This document shows positions 12,842 through 25,800 of a stretch of 64,000 nt of DNA, piece by piece. Below the pieces are notes generated by a model, which saw only the letters and a list, made by a program, of their open reading frames with translations, made no database searches and was not told the DNA's origin. How positions within the stretch are numbered: the stretch's first letter is position 1; every line of letters starts with the position of its first letter. The position numbers and the translations under genes are program-made. Source of the stretch: Amoebophrya sp. A120 (Eukaryota > Protista > Dinoflagellata); assembly GCA_905178155.1 (NCBI GenBank), contig CAJINV010000005.1, forward strand, positions 6,311,207 through 6,375,206, read 5' to 3'.

Positions 12842-15598
12842 TCAAGAAGAAAAAACTCCGCCTGGTTTCTTTCGCAATCGACTTGTAGTTGCCGATGGCA
12901 TTTTTGCCAACGAAGAAGAGGAGTTAGCAGGAACTATTTCAGCACTATCCACCTGTATTCTTTGAAATGAAGGAAGTTGCTTCTCTGAATGCACTTGTTC
13001 CAGCACTTCTTTTTCGCGTTCTCGGAACTTCTCAAAATTTTCGATTAGCAGGGAAAGCGCAGAATTATCATTCTCTGAAAATGTTACTTTGTTATTTCCT
13101 TCGTTATCTGCGCCCGCCACTGTAGCTGCACTAGTTGTACTCACCATCGGTTCGGTGATGAAAAGCAACAGGCTCCAAAGCAGTCCATCGCTGGGAAAGT
13201 TGTCGTAGATGTACTCCGACCGGATGATTTTCGACATGTTATCCCCGTGGTCTCCTCTGTAATGCTTGTTGTAAATCTGGGACTGGAGTGATTTCAGGTT
13301 CCACACTGCCAAAGCATCGTCCTGCGTTTCATTATGAATTGCAAAAGTATCGTACTAGTATGAATTGCATTACAAATTGACTTAGCATTGCAAATTAAAT
13401 TTGTCATGCGGATTTACCTTCAGAAAGAGAACTTGTGATGCATGATTGCAATTACTACGAGTACGATACTTTTGCACAGGATATTCATCGGTTTCCTGCA
13501 AAACCCTTGTCAAGGAGACGAACTCTATCCTGAGAAAAAAGTGTTACAGTTACACATTCTTATGGGAGACAAGCAAGACAGACAACCTCTGTCATGCAGG
13601 AAATGCTTGCCAGCGTCATTTCATTCGTGTTTTAGTTTTCCCTTAGAGTCTGCGCATTACAAGTTTTCTTTGCCGTGCAGAGCAAATTTGTGATGCTGAA
13701 ATTCCAACAGATGTGTAACTGTAACACTTTTTTCTCGTGATAAACTCGAGTTCTCGCATAGTAGTTTTTCCTGTCCTGCTCCCGGTCGTGAGCACAAGAT
13801 TCTTGTCAAATTGCATCACAAATTCTTGCAGCCGCTTCAGTTCGGCGGTTTCGACGAGGTATTTTCCATTGCTGTCAGAAGTGTCTGTCTGCTTGTTGTT
13901 CCCCTTTCTCTTCAATAGCTTCAGCCGCAATAAAGCGTCGGTGAGAGCGAGGAACCGCTGGTAGTCTTCGATTCGAGACAAGCTCGAAAATGGTTTCAAA
14001 AGCGTTTTTGTTGTTCCTCCCCGTGGTTCTACTTGTTCTTCGTGATTTGTCATTCTACTGTTGCTTCGTACAACTTCCAACTCCCCCTTGAAGACGGACC
14101 TTTGTTCTGCTGCTGTCCCGCTTCCAGAATTGATTTTCGAAAAAATTCTCGGCACGATGGCGGTTGTCACCTCTCTGAACGCTGAGAACGTGTCCCGTTT
14201 CCACTTGCTCTCGGCGGCTTGCGAAGAATCGTCCGTGGTCGTGTGCAGATCCGACTCGTTCTGCTGGTGTTCGTCTTGCACATTCTCGCTATACAGCTTC
14301 CCACTCTCGCAATCCATCCGCACCACCCATTTCAAAGCTCTTAAACTAGGCTTTTCGTTCTGGAAGTAAACAAAACTGGAAAGCAGCAGCAGGAGGTTGA
14401 GCGACAAAGCGATAGCAGTAGCAGGGGGCGACGTACTTGAACTTGTCTTTTGTTCGTTAGTATGTTTCCCAGTAGAAGTTTTTACAGATGTTGCCAATAT
14501 TACCCTTGTTAAAAGTTCCTGGATCGCGAGGCCAGAGAAGACTCCGCAGGGCAGCCCGACCGGAATTAATAAGTAGCTGTACAAATCGGCCACGATCGCC
14601 GTGTCGCCGTTGTTGGGGAAGATGAAGTGACGCAGTTCGGGTTGCAGAAAGAGCTCCAGGAATTTCGGATAGAGTAAAAACGCGGAACTCGCGGTTAGCC
14701 CACCCACTGCAGCGCCGAGGAAAGGGTTTGTGTTTGCCTGAGAAACTGTGCCTGCATTTGTCATTTTCTGTTCGGGCATAAAATTTCGAAGCAGAGAGGA
14801 CCTGCTGGTGGCTCTGTCCAAGAAGTTCTTTAGTCCTATCGGCAGAGAAGTATTAGAACTTCCTCCTCCGAACAGCTTCGACTCCGCGAGCAGCAGGTAC
14901 CAAACACCGCTCGTGACCCCGTTCGCCAGTGCGATCGGCAAAAAAAGGTCTCCGTGGTGGCACACAAACGGCACAAAGTGCTTCACCAGAACACTGTACG
15001 CGCCGAAGCAACCGAAGAGCCCCGCGGAGAACTTGAGCAAATTCCCGAAAAACGTCGTGGGAAGGTACCTCGACCAAGTGATCCCGGCGCCGACGAAGAT
15101 GAACAGGGGCGTGAAGAGGGCTGTACTGGTGGAGACTAGCAAGGTTCGGTGGAGAAGAGAGGGTGGTGGCGGGGGCGGTGGTGCGGCTGGTTCCTGGTCA
15201 TGATCATGATGATCCACTCTTGGTTTTTTGTTGTCATTCGGATTCGTCCCCCCGGTTGCATACGTTCTCCGTGTCGTGTTAAAAAATGTGGCCGGAGGAC
15301 GTGCGGACGAGCGATTGATGTTTTTGTAGTTCGCCGTCATGACAATTCTACTTCGCAAGGCCCGGCGTTGTGAACAAAAACGTCGAAGGTCGCGAGGAAT
15401 TCTGGAGCCGCAGCTCGTAGCTCTGAATACAACCGAAAGTCGTGTGCCGGTCATATTCGTCGGAAAAGCAAATCCACCATGTCGCACCGTAAAAGGGGGC
15501 ACCAGCTCGAGCTGCATCGCCGAACAACACTGCAGCCGGTGAGGGCCAGCTCCTCTGGTGAATACTGGATTTTTAGGTCCGGTGGATAGCAAACGCAT
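12842..15598 (-). CDS. Multi-pass membrane protein of unknown function, up to ~792 aa, possible mitochondrial presequence, 2 introners
   Basis: 651-aa ORF with several Gly-rich hydrophobic helices and an R/S/T-rich N-terminus. Joins via EFVSLTRVLQETDE to ORF 12842..13312. Start codon uncertain. Confidence 0.75.
13333..13483. mobile_element. TIR introner F1
   Basis: TSD TTCAT/TTCAT, frame restored. Confidence 0.95.
13526..13742. mobile_element. TIR introner, family F5 (AAAAAAGTGTTACAGTTACACA)
   Basis: TSD AACTC/AACTC, frame restored. Confidence 0.95.
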
Positions 15599-16029
15599 TT
15601 TATTGTACTTAATCTTAATCCTTTACTGGCAAACAAAGCCTCGACAAAAAACAATGGGAAAAACAGAACATGGCACAGGCAACAAACAAGCTGCACTGTA
15701 GGTAAAGAGATGCGACTGCGAAGTCTTCAACGAAGGTGTTGCGCTGTCTAATTGCTTCGGCGCGCGCAATGAACTGTCTCGCCAATGACCAAAAGCACGC
15801 TTCCTTCTTCATCTTCATACAATGACGAAACACAAAAACGAAATAGCTACCCAAAAGAAGATCGATAGGCGGCGACGGTTCGATAAATGCCATCGGCGTT
15901 AACAAAAGCTTCAGACGCTGAATTAAAGAACATCAGAAGGGCCCCGGCAGTCCCCTTGGTCACTGACTCATGGTCTATCTTGAACCCACCCTCACACATG
16001 TGCCACAGCTAACAGAATAAACAGCCAGG

Positions 16030-17700
16030 AGGAATAGGGGCCGCGCTCTGGATGCGCGCCAGCCCCGCCTCCGCGAGACAGGTCGCGCGCCTGGCTCCGC
16101 CCGGGTGGTGGTGCAGCAACGCTAATACCGAAGCCAAGCAACGACTCCTTCCTTCGCCGGCCCGGGCGGCTACCCTGTCGCCCGCCTCGGGCCGGAGCGC
16201 GGCCGGGGCCCATTGCCGCCCTGCGCCGGATATACCTCGGGCGCGTCACACCGGAATAAGAGCGCACACAGGGGCGGGCGGACACAAAGGGCGAGCGCGC
16301 CCGCCTGCGAGATGGGAGGGGCCCAAGCCCCGGGCCGGGCCCACATTTGCAAGGTTGGGCGCTGCGGCCGGCCCGGCGGCCGGCCCGGCCCGCTTGCGAT
16401 GCATGGCAAGGGAAGGCCTGAAGCCACGGCGCGACCCGCTTGCCGGCATGCTGTCCAGAAATGCTCCGCCGGGGTGCACGCCGCCCCACCTCCCATTTCT
16501 TTTTCCGCCCCGCTTTCTGGGCCGAGGGGCCCGGCTGCGGCGCGCCGTTCTTCCTTGTTCGCGCCTGCTGGCACAGACCGACGGATACAAACACACAATA
16601 TCGCCGGCGGCTGGGCGGGGCAGGCCCCGGGGACAAATCCCCAGAGAGGGCGAAAAGGGTGGGGCCGGGGTGGGTCGGCTGCAAGCTGAGCCAGGTCGCC
16701 ACTGTTTTGACTGCGCACTGGCATAGCTAACGGCCGCCATAGCACAGGCATGGCCCGCGATGAAAACCAGGCAGCCAGCCCAGGCGTAATGCTCCAGGTC
16801 TTTCAGCGAGACGCAAGCCCTTTCCATGCGGACTACAAAATATATCATATCTGCCCGAAGGCAGTCCGTCGCAAGGGGTATCCTGGCTACCCGGCCATGG
16901 CATTTCCGCCCCGGTAGCGTAATGGTGTGCCGGCCGTGAAGGGCTGGAACGAAGAGTCCCACCCGGAGGCGCATGCTTGCGCCCCCCCCCCCAAAGCCCG
17001 CGCCCCGCCCCCCTACGCCTTCGCGCCCCAGACGCTGGCGGCGCCTCCGGCTGCGGTCGCGCGGCCGGCTGTCATCCTGGGGCGGTCGCGCGCCATTTCG
17101 GCGCTTCACCGGGGGCCGACCGCGAACGCGCCCGAAGCGGCAGGCGGCGCCGCGGGCCGGGCGGCCACACTAGAAGCGGCCAAAACAGCGCCACCACCGC
17201 CAGGCGACTCAGCTCCGCGCGCGCGGCGGCGCGCGTGGCGCGTACGCGCTCGGCCGGGGTGCTGGCGCTGCCAGCTTCTTGCCCACTTTGCTCCTGCGCC
17301 CGGCCGGCGGGCCCCGCTTCCGGCCTCTGGACGGCTGCCGGGAACGCCTTGCGTTCCCGCCCAACCGGAAGGGTTTCTAGGCTAGAGCCCAACAATGCGG
17401 ATGACCGCCCCGCAACATACCGCCGCGGGTCGTCTTAGTTCGCCTCTGGGCTGGACTGAACGCGCCGCAGCTCATCCACCAGAGCTGCCTCGCGCGGCGT
17501 TTACTTTCTGGCGCCGCCTTCTCTTTGGGGAGAATGTGCACGGGGACCCTGCGCATTTCGCGCGGCGCGCGCGCCCCTTTGGCCCCGCACGACTCTCCCC
17601 GCCCGCGAGAAGGGCGGGAGGTCCTACGCCTGCAGCTCAGCACGTGGCTCCACACCTGGCGCGCGGCGCTCCTGTGCTATCAGGCGGCAAGAAGAGGGAG
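16030..17700 (-). pseudogene. GC-rich decayed non-LTR (LINE-like) reverse transcriptase fragment
   Basis: Ordered degenerate motifs across frameshifts on the minus strand: QEQSGQEAGSAST (~17290, QxGFxxGRST-like), GAQACASG/GLFVPAL (~16985-16940, GxxQGcplsxxLF-like), LRADMIYFV...LKDLEHYAWAGCLVF (~16860-16765, ADD-like plus the following helix). Confidence 0.5.
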
Positions 17701-19161
17701 ACGTTGCGCCACTCCGTTGCTGTACTTCTACTTGCCTCGATGAGATAAGACACAACACGACGCAAAGGATAATGAACACCATGCCACAAGAACCCTGCTT
17801 CATCCAACAAGATTTGCTGAAGCCTCGTGGTACTGACTCAACACACAGCACTCCACGATGCTGTTCTTCTGTCAGGTATTTCACATTTGCTTTGTATCGA
17901 AACCTTGTTGAAATTTTTTTCAAAAGCACAACTCGAAAAATTTTCTCCATCGCCACCCTCGTGCCACATGAACAACGAGGGCTTCCTCCTGGGGCGAACT
18001 AAAGTGAAGATGAAGATTTCCTCTTAAGAAACGTGTACTAGTTGTGAATTATTTTCTGATCTATCGTGCAGTCGTGTCAGAAGTCCTGCAACTACTGCGG
18101 CGCAGTAGTACCAGTAGTAAGTCCTCCACCTTGGGCAGCGGGCATACATAGGTCTTGTTCTTAAATAAAAGGTGCTATTCATTGTGCGACTTCGACGTTT
18201 GTCGTGTGGCCCTTCTTATTGAAACCTCCAGAAGATGATTACTACGGCCTCGCACTTCAAAAGATCGAGGTTCCCTTGCCTGTTCTAGCACTACAGACAA
18301 AATAAGTCCTTCCCCAGTTGCAGTCGTGGTGTGAGGATCGCAGCACACCACGACGACCCGCGTGGCATTTACTCTTACAGACTAAAAAACAGTGCATAAG
18401 AATTGGCTCTGCAGCACACGACACAAGCTGCATAGTATGCCCGTCTTGTGAAAAATTGTTCTTGCGAAAAAGTTGTGTACAAAAAAATTTGAGTTTCCTT
18501 GCTACTCAAATCTGAAGCTCAAAAATTCGTGGTTCTAGTTCTACAAAGAAAATTGATATTTCTTGTTGAAAAATTCAAATTTCCGAAGCACACGGCACGC
18601 ACGTTGATGAGTTAAAAACTATCATCTTCGTGCGCGAACGAAGATTATTTGTTAAAGGCTCTGTACATCTACAGTATTAATAAATGGTCGTAGGTTTCTA
18701 TCGTATAGGTACTGTAGCTTTCTTTTCGACAGCTTGTTATTAAAAGACAGGTTTACTATTGTACGTAAAATTCATCTTCGACGCTCCCGAACCCGAAGCG
18801 GATGATGATGCTGAGTAGAGTGCAGTAGCTCTTCTTGTTTCTGCTACCCTTCTGTTGACCAGCTGCGGTCCACTTCGAGTTACTGAAATACACTTCTCTG
18901 GGGCCCTTGCTTGCGAGGACAACTATTTTGACAAGATCAGCGAAAATAGGATGAGTTTTGAAGTTGAGGACATCACACGTCGAAACTTTAGTCAATCTTA
19001 ATACTGTTTACTCTTTTTACCTTGCTATAACTGAAATTAAGGCTACAAAAACTAGTGCAGGTGAACGGTTTCAATGTCCGAACGATTTTATTGATGATCT
19101 CCAATTATTTTTCAGATGAGAACTAATCTAATATTCTGACAACAAGAACCGGCCCAAGGCA

Positions 19162-22054
19162 CTATTTCGCCTTCGCGCCCTTTTTCATCACGCCCATTGC
19201 CATCGACTTCTTCTCGGTTTTGTGGACGGACATCTTCTCGCTCTTCGAGGACATAACGCGGGACTCACCGATTTCGTATTTGCGGTATTTCGGGTCGTCC
19301 AGATTGATTGCGCCCCAGCCCGCGGCCGGCTTCATCTTGGACTGCTTGACCACCTGGAATTTGTATTGCATGAAATGCATTCAAAAGCCAGCTTGGGAAA
19401 AAAAAAAATTCTCAAATTCATGCACAATATAAATACCCATTGCAGAACATCAACATTATACCTGCACTTCCTCGCGCTTGGACTTGGCGACTGGCGGCTC
19501 GGTCATGAGATCCTTAATCCTGACGCCCTTCTTCAAAAAAGTCGGATTCGCCGGGGTCCACACATCACATCTGGTTTGTTGGTGCAAGAAAATTGTCGTT
19601 TTCAGTTGTCATGCAGCACAAACAGAAACACAATGTCGTGCAGACAAACACATCATCGTCATACATTCAAATCAGGATTTATACCGCGTCAGCCCTCTCT
19701 CCTCAAAAAAGCCCTGCGTTTCCTTCTCTGATCCTTCGTATGATGAGGAAATAAAGTGTTGCACGACAAAATATTCATGCACATTTTTCTTGAGCTTGCT
19801 ATTCGACGAGATTGCCTAGCGTGGGGCAGACTGACTATGTAGCATGAGAAAACAACTCTTGTTCACTGCCTGTTTCTTGCAAATCAAATACCGCATGCCA
19901 AATTCTGAAGCAGCACGAAGTAGAAAAACAAGCGCTGATGTCGTCGTCGTGCAAGATTTATTTCCTTTCCATACAGCGTACATCATGTTCAGCTGCCCTC
20001 CCTTCGGGACCGGTGCAACGGTTTTGAACATCATGCTCGCATATTTCTCCTTTCGCTGCGATTTCGGGACGTTTTTCTTCTTGAACGGTTCCATGTGGAC
20101 GTAGGGGTTCGCAAAATTGATCGAGATTTTCTCGTGCGGCCCGGGGCACTGGGAAAACTGCAAGACAGATCCGGGGTGCTTCACCGGGTTGATGTTCCAG
20201 TTGTCATGCGTTTCAAAACCCCACTCGTCGTCTTGCTGTTTTTGTTTTAAGTATTTATTTTAACGCGTCAATGGCATTAAAAAGATCGAAATAGGAAGCC
20301 TAAAGAACATGCTAAATCCTAAAACCCTAACTACGTCAGGGTCAGCCGCGGAACCGGGCTACGGCTACATTAAAAACGCAGTTTCGCATGACAAACCGCA
20401 GAATCATTCATTGCAGAAAAAAAATCAACATTACCTCGCTCATCTCGTTTTCTGCCTGCACGTCACCCCACAAAGCCATAACGTAGTCCTTCGGCAAATC
20501 TCGGTTGCATACTAACTGTTTTCCTGTGATTGTTTCAATTTTTGGATTTTTTTTTCAATTTCAAACAATTTCATCATTATTCTGCATGACAAACGTCTAC
20601 ACTCACTCGATTTTCGCTATGGCTTCGGCATGAGGAAGAGAATCGAATGCATCAATCTGAATACAGCACCGAAGCACAAAATATACCGAATTTTGGGTGC
20701 GGGATGGCGGACAAGCTTGGATCTCCCTTATCGCAGCATTTTTTGCAGTAGGCCAAGTACTTGGCATGCCTCTTGTCCATGCAGGGTGTGTATCAAATGC
20801 AAATATGTCTGGGTCGGGAGATTGCGAGACTTGTCATGCTAGTCTGGCATGACTCTGTACTCTGTATTGCGTGGCCACCAAGAGGTCCTCTTGCCGGTCA
20901 TGCAAAAGCGCAGTTTCTCATGCGAAATACGCATCACAGAAGCACGAAAAAACTTGTCATGCTTGGCGGCGCATTACAGAGCACTTATTGTTCACGGATT
21001 TGCATCACAAGTTTCCAGACCCAGAGGACATATTTGCAATGCATAGTGTGCCATCCAGGTAGGTTCCGATGCACAGCCCCGACGCCCACGAGTTTTGCCC
21101 GGACTTGTACGGCTTCGCTAGAACCTTCTCCGAGTAAGCTTCCGGCATCTTGCTAGATTTTTTTCCTCCTAATGAAGTACTTCTAGCCCGTTTTTCTCTT
21201 TGTTGATCTCCTTTCTGACTAGAGGACGTTGTTTTCTTGTTTTTCCCACCTGAAGATGCTCTTGTGCTTGGACTATCTGCTACGCCCCCCGGGAGGGAAG
21301 CACTAGTTTCTTGGGAGCTTTTTCTTCTACTGCTCGGGGCTGTAGTACTAGCGCTAGAATACGATCTCTTAGAGGTAGGAGACGAGGAGGACTTTTTCCT
21401 TTTACCTTTACTTGAGCTAGGTGTGCTCCTACTTCTAGAAGCTTGTTTTTGTCTTGTAGCCGGGGAGTGGTTGTGCTTTTTTTTGAGGCCGTAGTCCGTA
21501 GTGGTTGTGCTTTTTTTTGAGGAGGTTTTCTTTATGCTAAAAAAACGTCTTTGTGACGTACACGACAAGAACGGGTGCAGCTCTACATCCACTGGGTAAC
21601 TATCGCTCAAAATAAAACATTGAAGTGACAATGAATGTTGTGAAGAAGAAGAACTCGTTAGGGAAGCAGATGGTAAAGGATTCGTAAAAAATACGGTATT
21701 GCTTCGTGTTTGTCTACTAGATAGCCGAATATCTTGGCCCGTATGGATACTATGCCACCTACTGAGACTACTACTAAAACTGCGGTAAAATAAATTCACT
21801 GCTGCTGAACAACCTCCTTCACTATGACTACTGTGAGGTGTTGACAACTCTGATGACTGTGGCAGTAGCATTCGTGACGGCGGTCCTCGATGTGCACCTC
21901 CTAAAATTAAACCGTGAAAACTTCTATCAACATGTGTGGCCGCAGGTGTTGCTCTGCTCGTGGTGACACGCTTACACACATGCAAGGAACTTCTTTGTCT
22001 ACTAGTACCGCTTTGGATAAAGCGCGAAAACGCGCTGGTGACACCAGCCAGCAT
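19162..22054 (-). CDS. Divergent SET-domain protein (~602 aa, or ~300 aa if started at ATG 21148), 2 introners plus 4 GT-AG introns
   Basis: Spliced product PHPKFGKQLVCNRDLPKDYVMALWG...WGFET...INPVKHPGSVLQFSQCPGP...MMFKTVAPVPKGGQLNMMY follows the SET pattern. GT-AG introns at 20524-20686, 20236-20434, 19571-19684 and 19354-19461. Confidence 0.7.
19739..19973. mobile_element. TIR introner, family F13 (old; GGAAATAAA..TTGCACGAC)
   Basis: Imperfect TIR, decayed TSD CTTCG/CAGCG. Element plus 5 nt keeps the frame; the GT-AG option (plus 6 nt) hits TGA. Confidence 0.8.
20791..21045. mobile_element. TIR introner F2
   Basis: TSD GTGTG/GTGTG, frame restored. Confidence 0.95.
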
Positions 22055-22888
22055 AGCTTTGGCAGTATCGGTTGCGGGGTAAATCCAACCACAAAAGTAG
22101 TTGTAGGCCGTCGAAGATCCAAGTTTGCTGTTAGTTTTATCTTAAAAACTCACTCACGCTCCTCTCAGGGGGGATGAAGTCTAGGCGAAATTGTCCAAAA
22201 TCCGGGGAGGCTCCTAGGGATGTGAAGTCCCTGCGGTCTTACTGATATTTTCAACACATTTTGCAACTTTTGTCGCACGAAGCACTGCTTCTTTCGAGCT
22301 GTTCTTTTCTTTTCGTTTCATCTGCGCGACTGACAACAAGAAGGCAGTGTTTTTCTGGTACGAAACTACATTTCGTTGCAAATCGGAACGAGCAATTGCA
22401 CAGACATGGACGAATCGGAACGAGCGAACTGCACGGAAACATCAAAAATGGACGAACTCGAACTACCAGGCACAAGATAGAAGGACGCTACGGCATTATA
22501 ATTTTTACTTACTGCTACAACTTCTTGCAACATCGCTCTATTGCGTTCTTAATACGATGAACAAAACTAAAAAGGATCATTATTTTAGCGCAAATGCTGC
22601 GCAGCTCCACCACGACGCACCGTGATAAAGCCCAGAAGGGGCCGTCGCACATGCTGAAAGTACTACTACTTCGGAATACATTCACATTCAGGACAACTGC
22701 GGTTCCTAATGGGACTAAAGTGTTGGACAACTCAACAGCACTAGCATGATCAACATGGATGCGCAAATAAAACGGCAAGTAATTCTTGATCGTCCGTCAT
22801 CAATCAGAGTCACACTTTAAATTCCTATCTGACAGCAGTCATGGACAACAAAGCCGCAGCCCCCACCTGCTGTAAAACTTTCTCGCCT

Positions 22889-25800
22889 CTAGTCGTCCTC
22901 CAACAGGCTTCTCAGCTTATGAACTGCAAAAGTATCGTACTAGTAGTAATTGCAACTCAGCATTACAAATGAAATTTGTCATGCTGTTTTGCCTTGGGGT
23001 GAAGATTTGTAATGCATGACTGCGATTACTACGAGTACGATACTGTTGCACAGGATACAGCTCCGCCATCGTCAATTTCAGTGCGTTCCCGTCATTACCC
23101 GCCCTATTCCCCCCGCCAATCACTCCCTGAATCAGTTGCCGCTTCTTTTCCTGCAGAGCCAGAATCCGTTCGTCGATGCTTTTCTTGATAACGAATTTTA
23201 CACAGTAAACCTCCTCAAGTTGCCCGATCCGGTGGATTATCAAATGCAAATATATCTGGGTCTGGAAGAGTTTGAGTTTGTCATGCTAGGTCTGATCGAC
23301 GCAAAAATCTGTATTGCATGTTGGCCAATTCGGTTTACGAGAAGACAACATTTCTCATGCAGAAAAGGCATTTTTGCGGAGCCTTCGCAATAAAACTTGT
23401 GATGCTACCACTCGCATTCCAGACGTAGTTCTGGGCCATGCAAAATATGCATGACAAATCTTGCATTCTTCAAGACCCAAACATATTTGCACTGGATATG
23501 GATTCTCTGAAACGCCTGCTCCTCCACTGCCGGATTCCACCACAAATCCAACAAGTACGCTCTTGTCGCCGACACAAGATTTAACCCCACTCCGCCGGCC
23601 TTCAGGCTGATCAACAACACCTTCCCCGGCGGGGGGCTCGAGCTCGCGGAATAACTTGGCGCTGCCTGGAGCCAATCCACGCAGTCTTGCCTTTGGTGGA
23701 TCGACAGAGAGCCGTCCAACGTGCGGACCTGGTTCGACGTCAGCTGTTTGGACCCCTCGGGGAGGAGGAAGTAGCTTTCCAAAAGCGACAGAAAACACGT
23801 CCACTGGGAAAAAACGAGAATTTTCCGGTTTTCAATTTGGACGTCGTGCTTGATTTTCTCCGCGAGCAGCTTCATCTTCGCACTCGGGTACTGGATCGCT
23901 TTGCGATGTTGCTGCAGCAACACGGAAGAGGTCGGTTTCCGTGCTGGGGCGGCGGGTTTGGAGGTAGCCTTGTAACTGCCGGTTGATGATGTACTAGTCG
24001 GGACGAGTCCTGCTGCCTTGTTTTTACTGCCCACTGTGGACGACGCTGCTTGCTTGTTCGCCGCATTATTTGCCGCATTCTGGCTGGTTTGCATCATGGA
24101 AAGTAAACTTAACTGTTTTGGAGCCGCTCCAGTCGAATTGTTTGTTTTATTCCTCGTCCTGCGTTGCTTTGCTGCAGCTTTTGGGAACTTGTTGGACGCG
24201 GTGGCTGCGGTTGGATTTGGCTGTATCATTTGATGCTCGTCGTCAGTCTTCTGGTTCGAAGTTTCTGGCATCACAATCTCCACCTTGCAAGCCACACATT
24301 TCACCGCGAGTAGCCCGCTGTCTTTTGCTTCTTCAACAAGCAAATGCAGACACTCCGCGCAGTAAACGTGTTGACAGGGCTGCACCACTTTCGGATCTTC
24401 CGCCATCTCGCCACACGAGGCACACACTTCGGAAATTTGGTTCCCTAGTTGTTCCTTGTCGTCTTGCTGTTCTATCGGCGCGTCCTGTATCAAAATAAAA
24501 AATCCCCCCACCCCATACTCAAACTAGAAATTTGTGATGCAGATTTGGGGTCACAAATCAGCTTTGTTATGCTAGAAGGGACAAGATGCGGACTGTAGCG
24601 CTGGTTGGCGTGGGAAAGCTTTGCGTCTTCAGCATGACATGGGGCAGCTGGAAGTGGGAAACAGGATGACAAATTGCCTGCAAACGAGGCCACAGCTGCG
24701 TCTCTTGGCCTTCTAGCATTACAAGTCGATTTGTGTACTCAAATACAGCATCACAGGTTTCGTTTTCGATATGGGGAGGGGGGATTTTTCCTTTTGATAT
24801 CCTGCATAGCAAGTTCTATCTCGCTGGAACACTCCGCACCGCTCATTTTGCTTGTCTCTGCTGCAGCTCCTTGTTCGCCGTGCGTCAAATAATACTTCAA
24901 AACTGGTTCCCACTCCCTTTCCTGCAACGCGAGACTGCAATGCGCCAAACACATGCGGAGTTTTAACACCAAAGCAAGGATGCTGGTGAAGTAACTGCCC
25001 TTATTCTGCTGCGGCTGGTTCGGTCCTTTATTTGCATCTTCCGTGTTATGCATTGCAAATATGCCTGGGTCTGGAGGACAGTGCAAACTTCTGATGCGCA
25101 TTTCGGAACACATAAAAATCTCTCATGCATAGGTAGCAAAAGTTGCTCACTTTCTGTCACCAAAGTGGGGCATTTGTCATGCGGCTTCGGCATTGCGGAA
25201 GCTTCTCGAAACCTGTGATGCTAGAGATTCCATGCCAGACCTTCTGCGTCATGCAAAAGCAGCATGACGCTTCCAGAGTCAGACAACATTTTTGCAGTTC
25301 ATACGTGTGCGTTTGCAGCAAGACGTCCATCTTCCGCTTCGAAGCTTGAAACAGCCGGTCGTAAACCTTATGGATTGCAAAAATGTCTGGGTCTGGAAGC
25401 TTTCCAGGTAGTTTGTCATGCATATTTTGCACGACTCAGGATGTCTGTAATGCATGATCTAGCATCACATATTTTTAGAGGCCGTCCTGATGCCTATCCC
25501 GCATGACAAATGCCCTCCCCGCGTAGCACAAACTGGGCTCCTCTTGCTGGTCATGCAATACAGATTTTTTTAGCATCCAAAGTTAGCATGAGAAGTTGCA
25601 ACCTTCCAGACCCAGACATTTTTGCAATCCATAAACCTTCCGCTCCGCGTATTCTAACTCGGCGTAGAGGACCACTTCGTGCCTCTTTGGAAGAGTGATG
25701 AGGTTTCTGTACACGATTTCGTGCGTTTTTACATTTCCTGCTTGTGCACCAGAAGATTTACTTTCTCCGGCCGCGACGTTTTTGACAGGAACTTTCTGCG

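Noticed and set aside
16905-16975. tRNA-like sequence (GCCCCGGTAGCGTAATGGT)
   Set aside because: No T-arm GTTCRA or anticodon stem can be formed, and it lies inside the RT-like relic.
16733-17688. Inverted match GCCGCC(TG)ATAGCACAGG as TIRs of a 950-bp element
   Set aside because: Short, without a TSD, with polarity opposite to introner ends, and not at the island boundaries. Likely chance.
19162-19380. DVNP-like gene suggested by the MKK-rich tail
   Set aside because: It is the last exon of the SET-like gene and lacks the DVNP core sequence.
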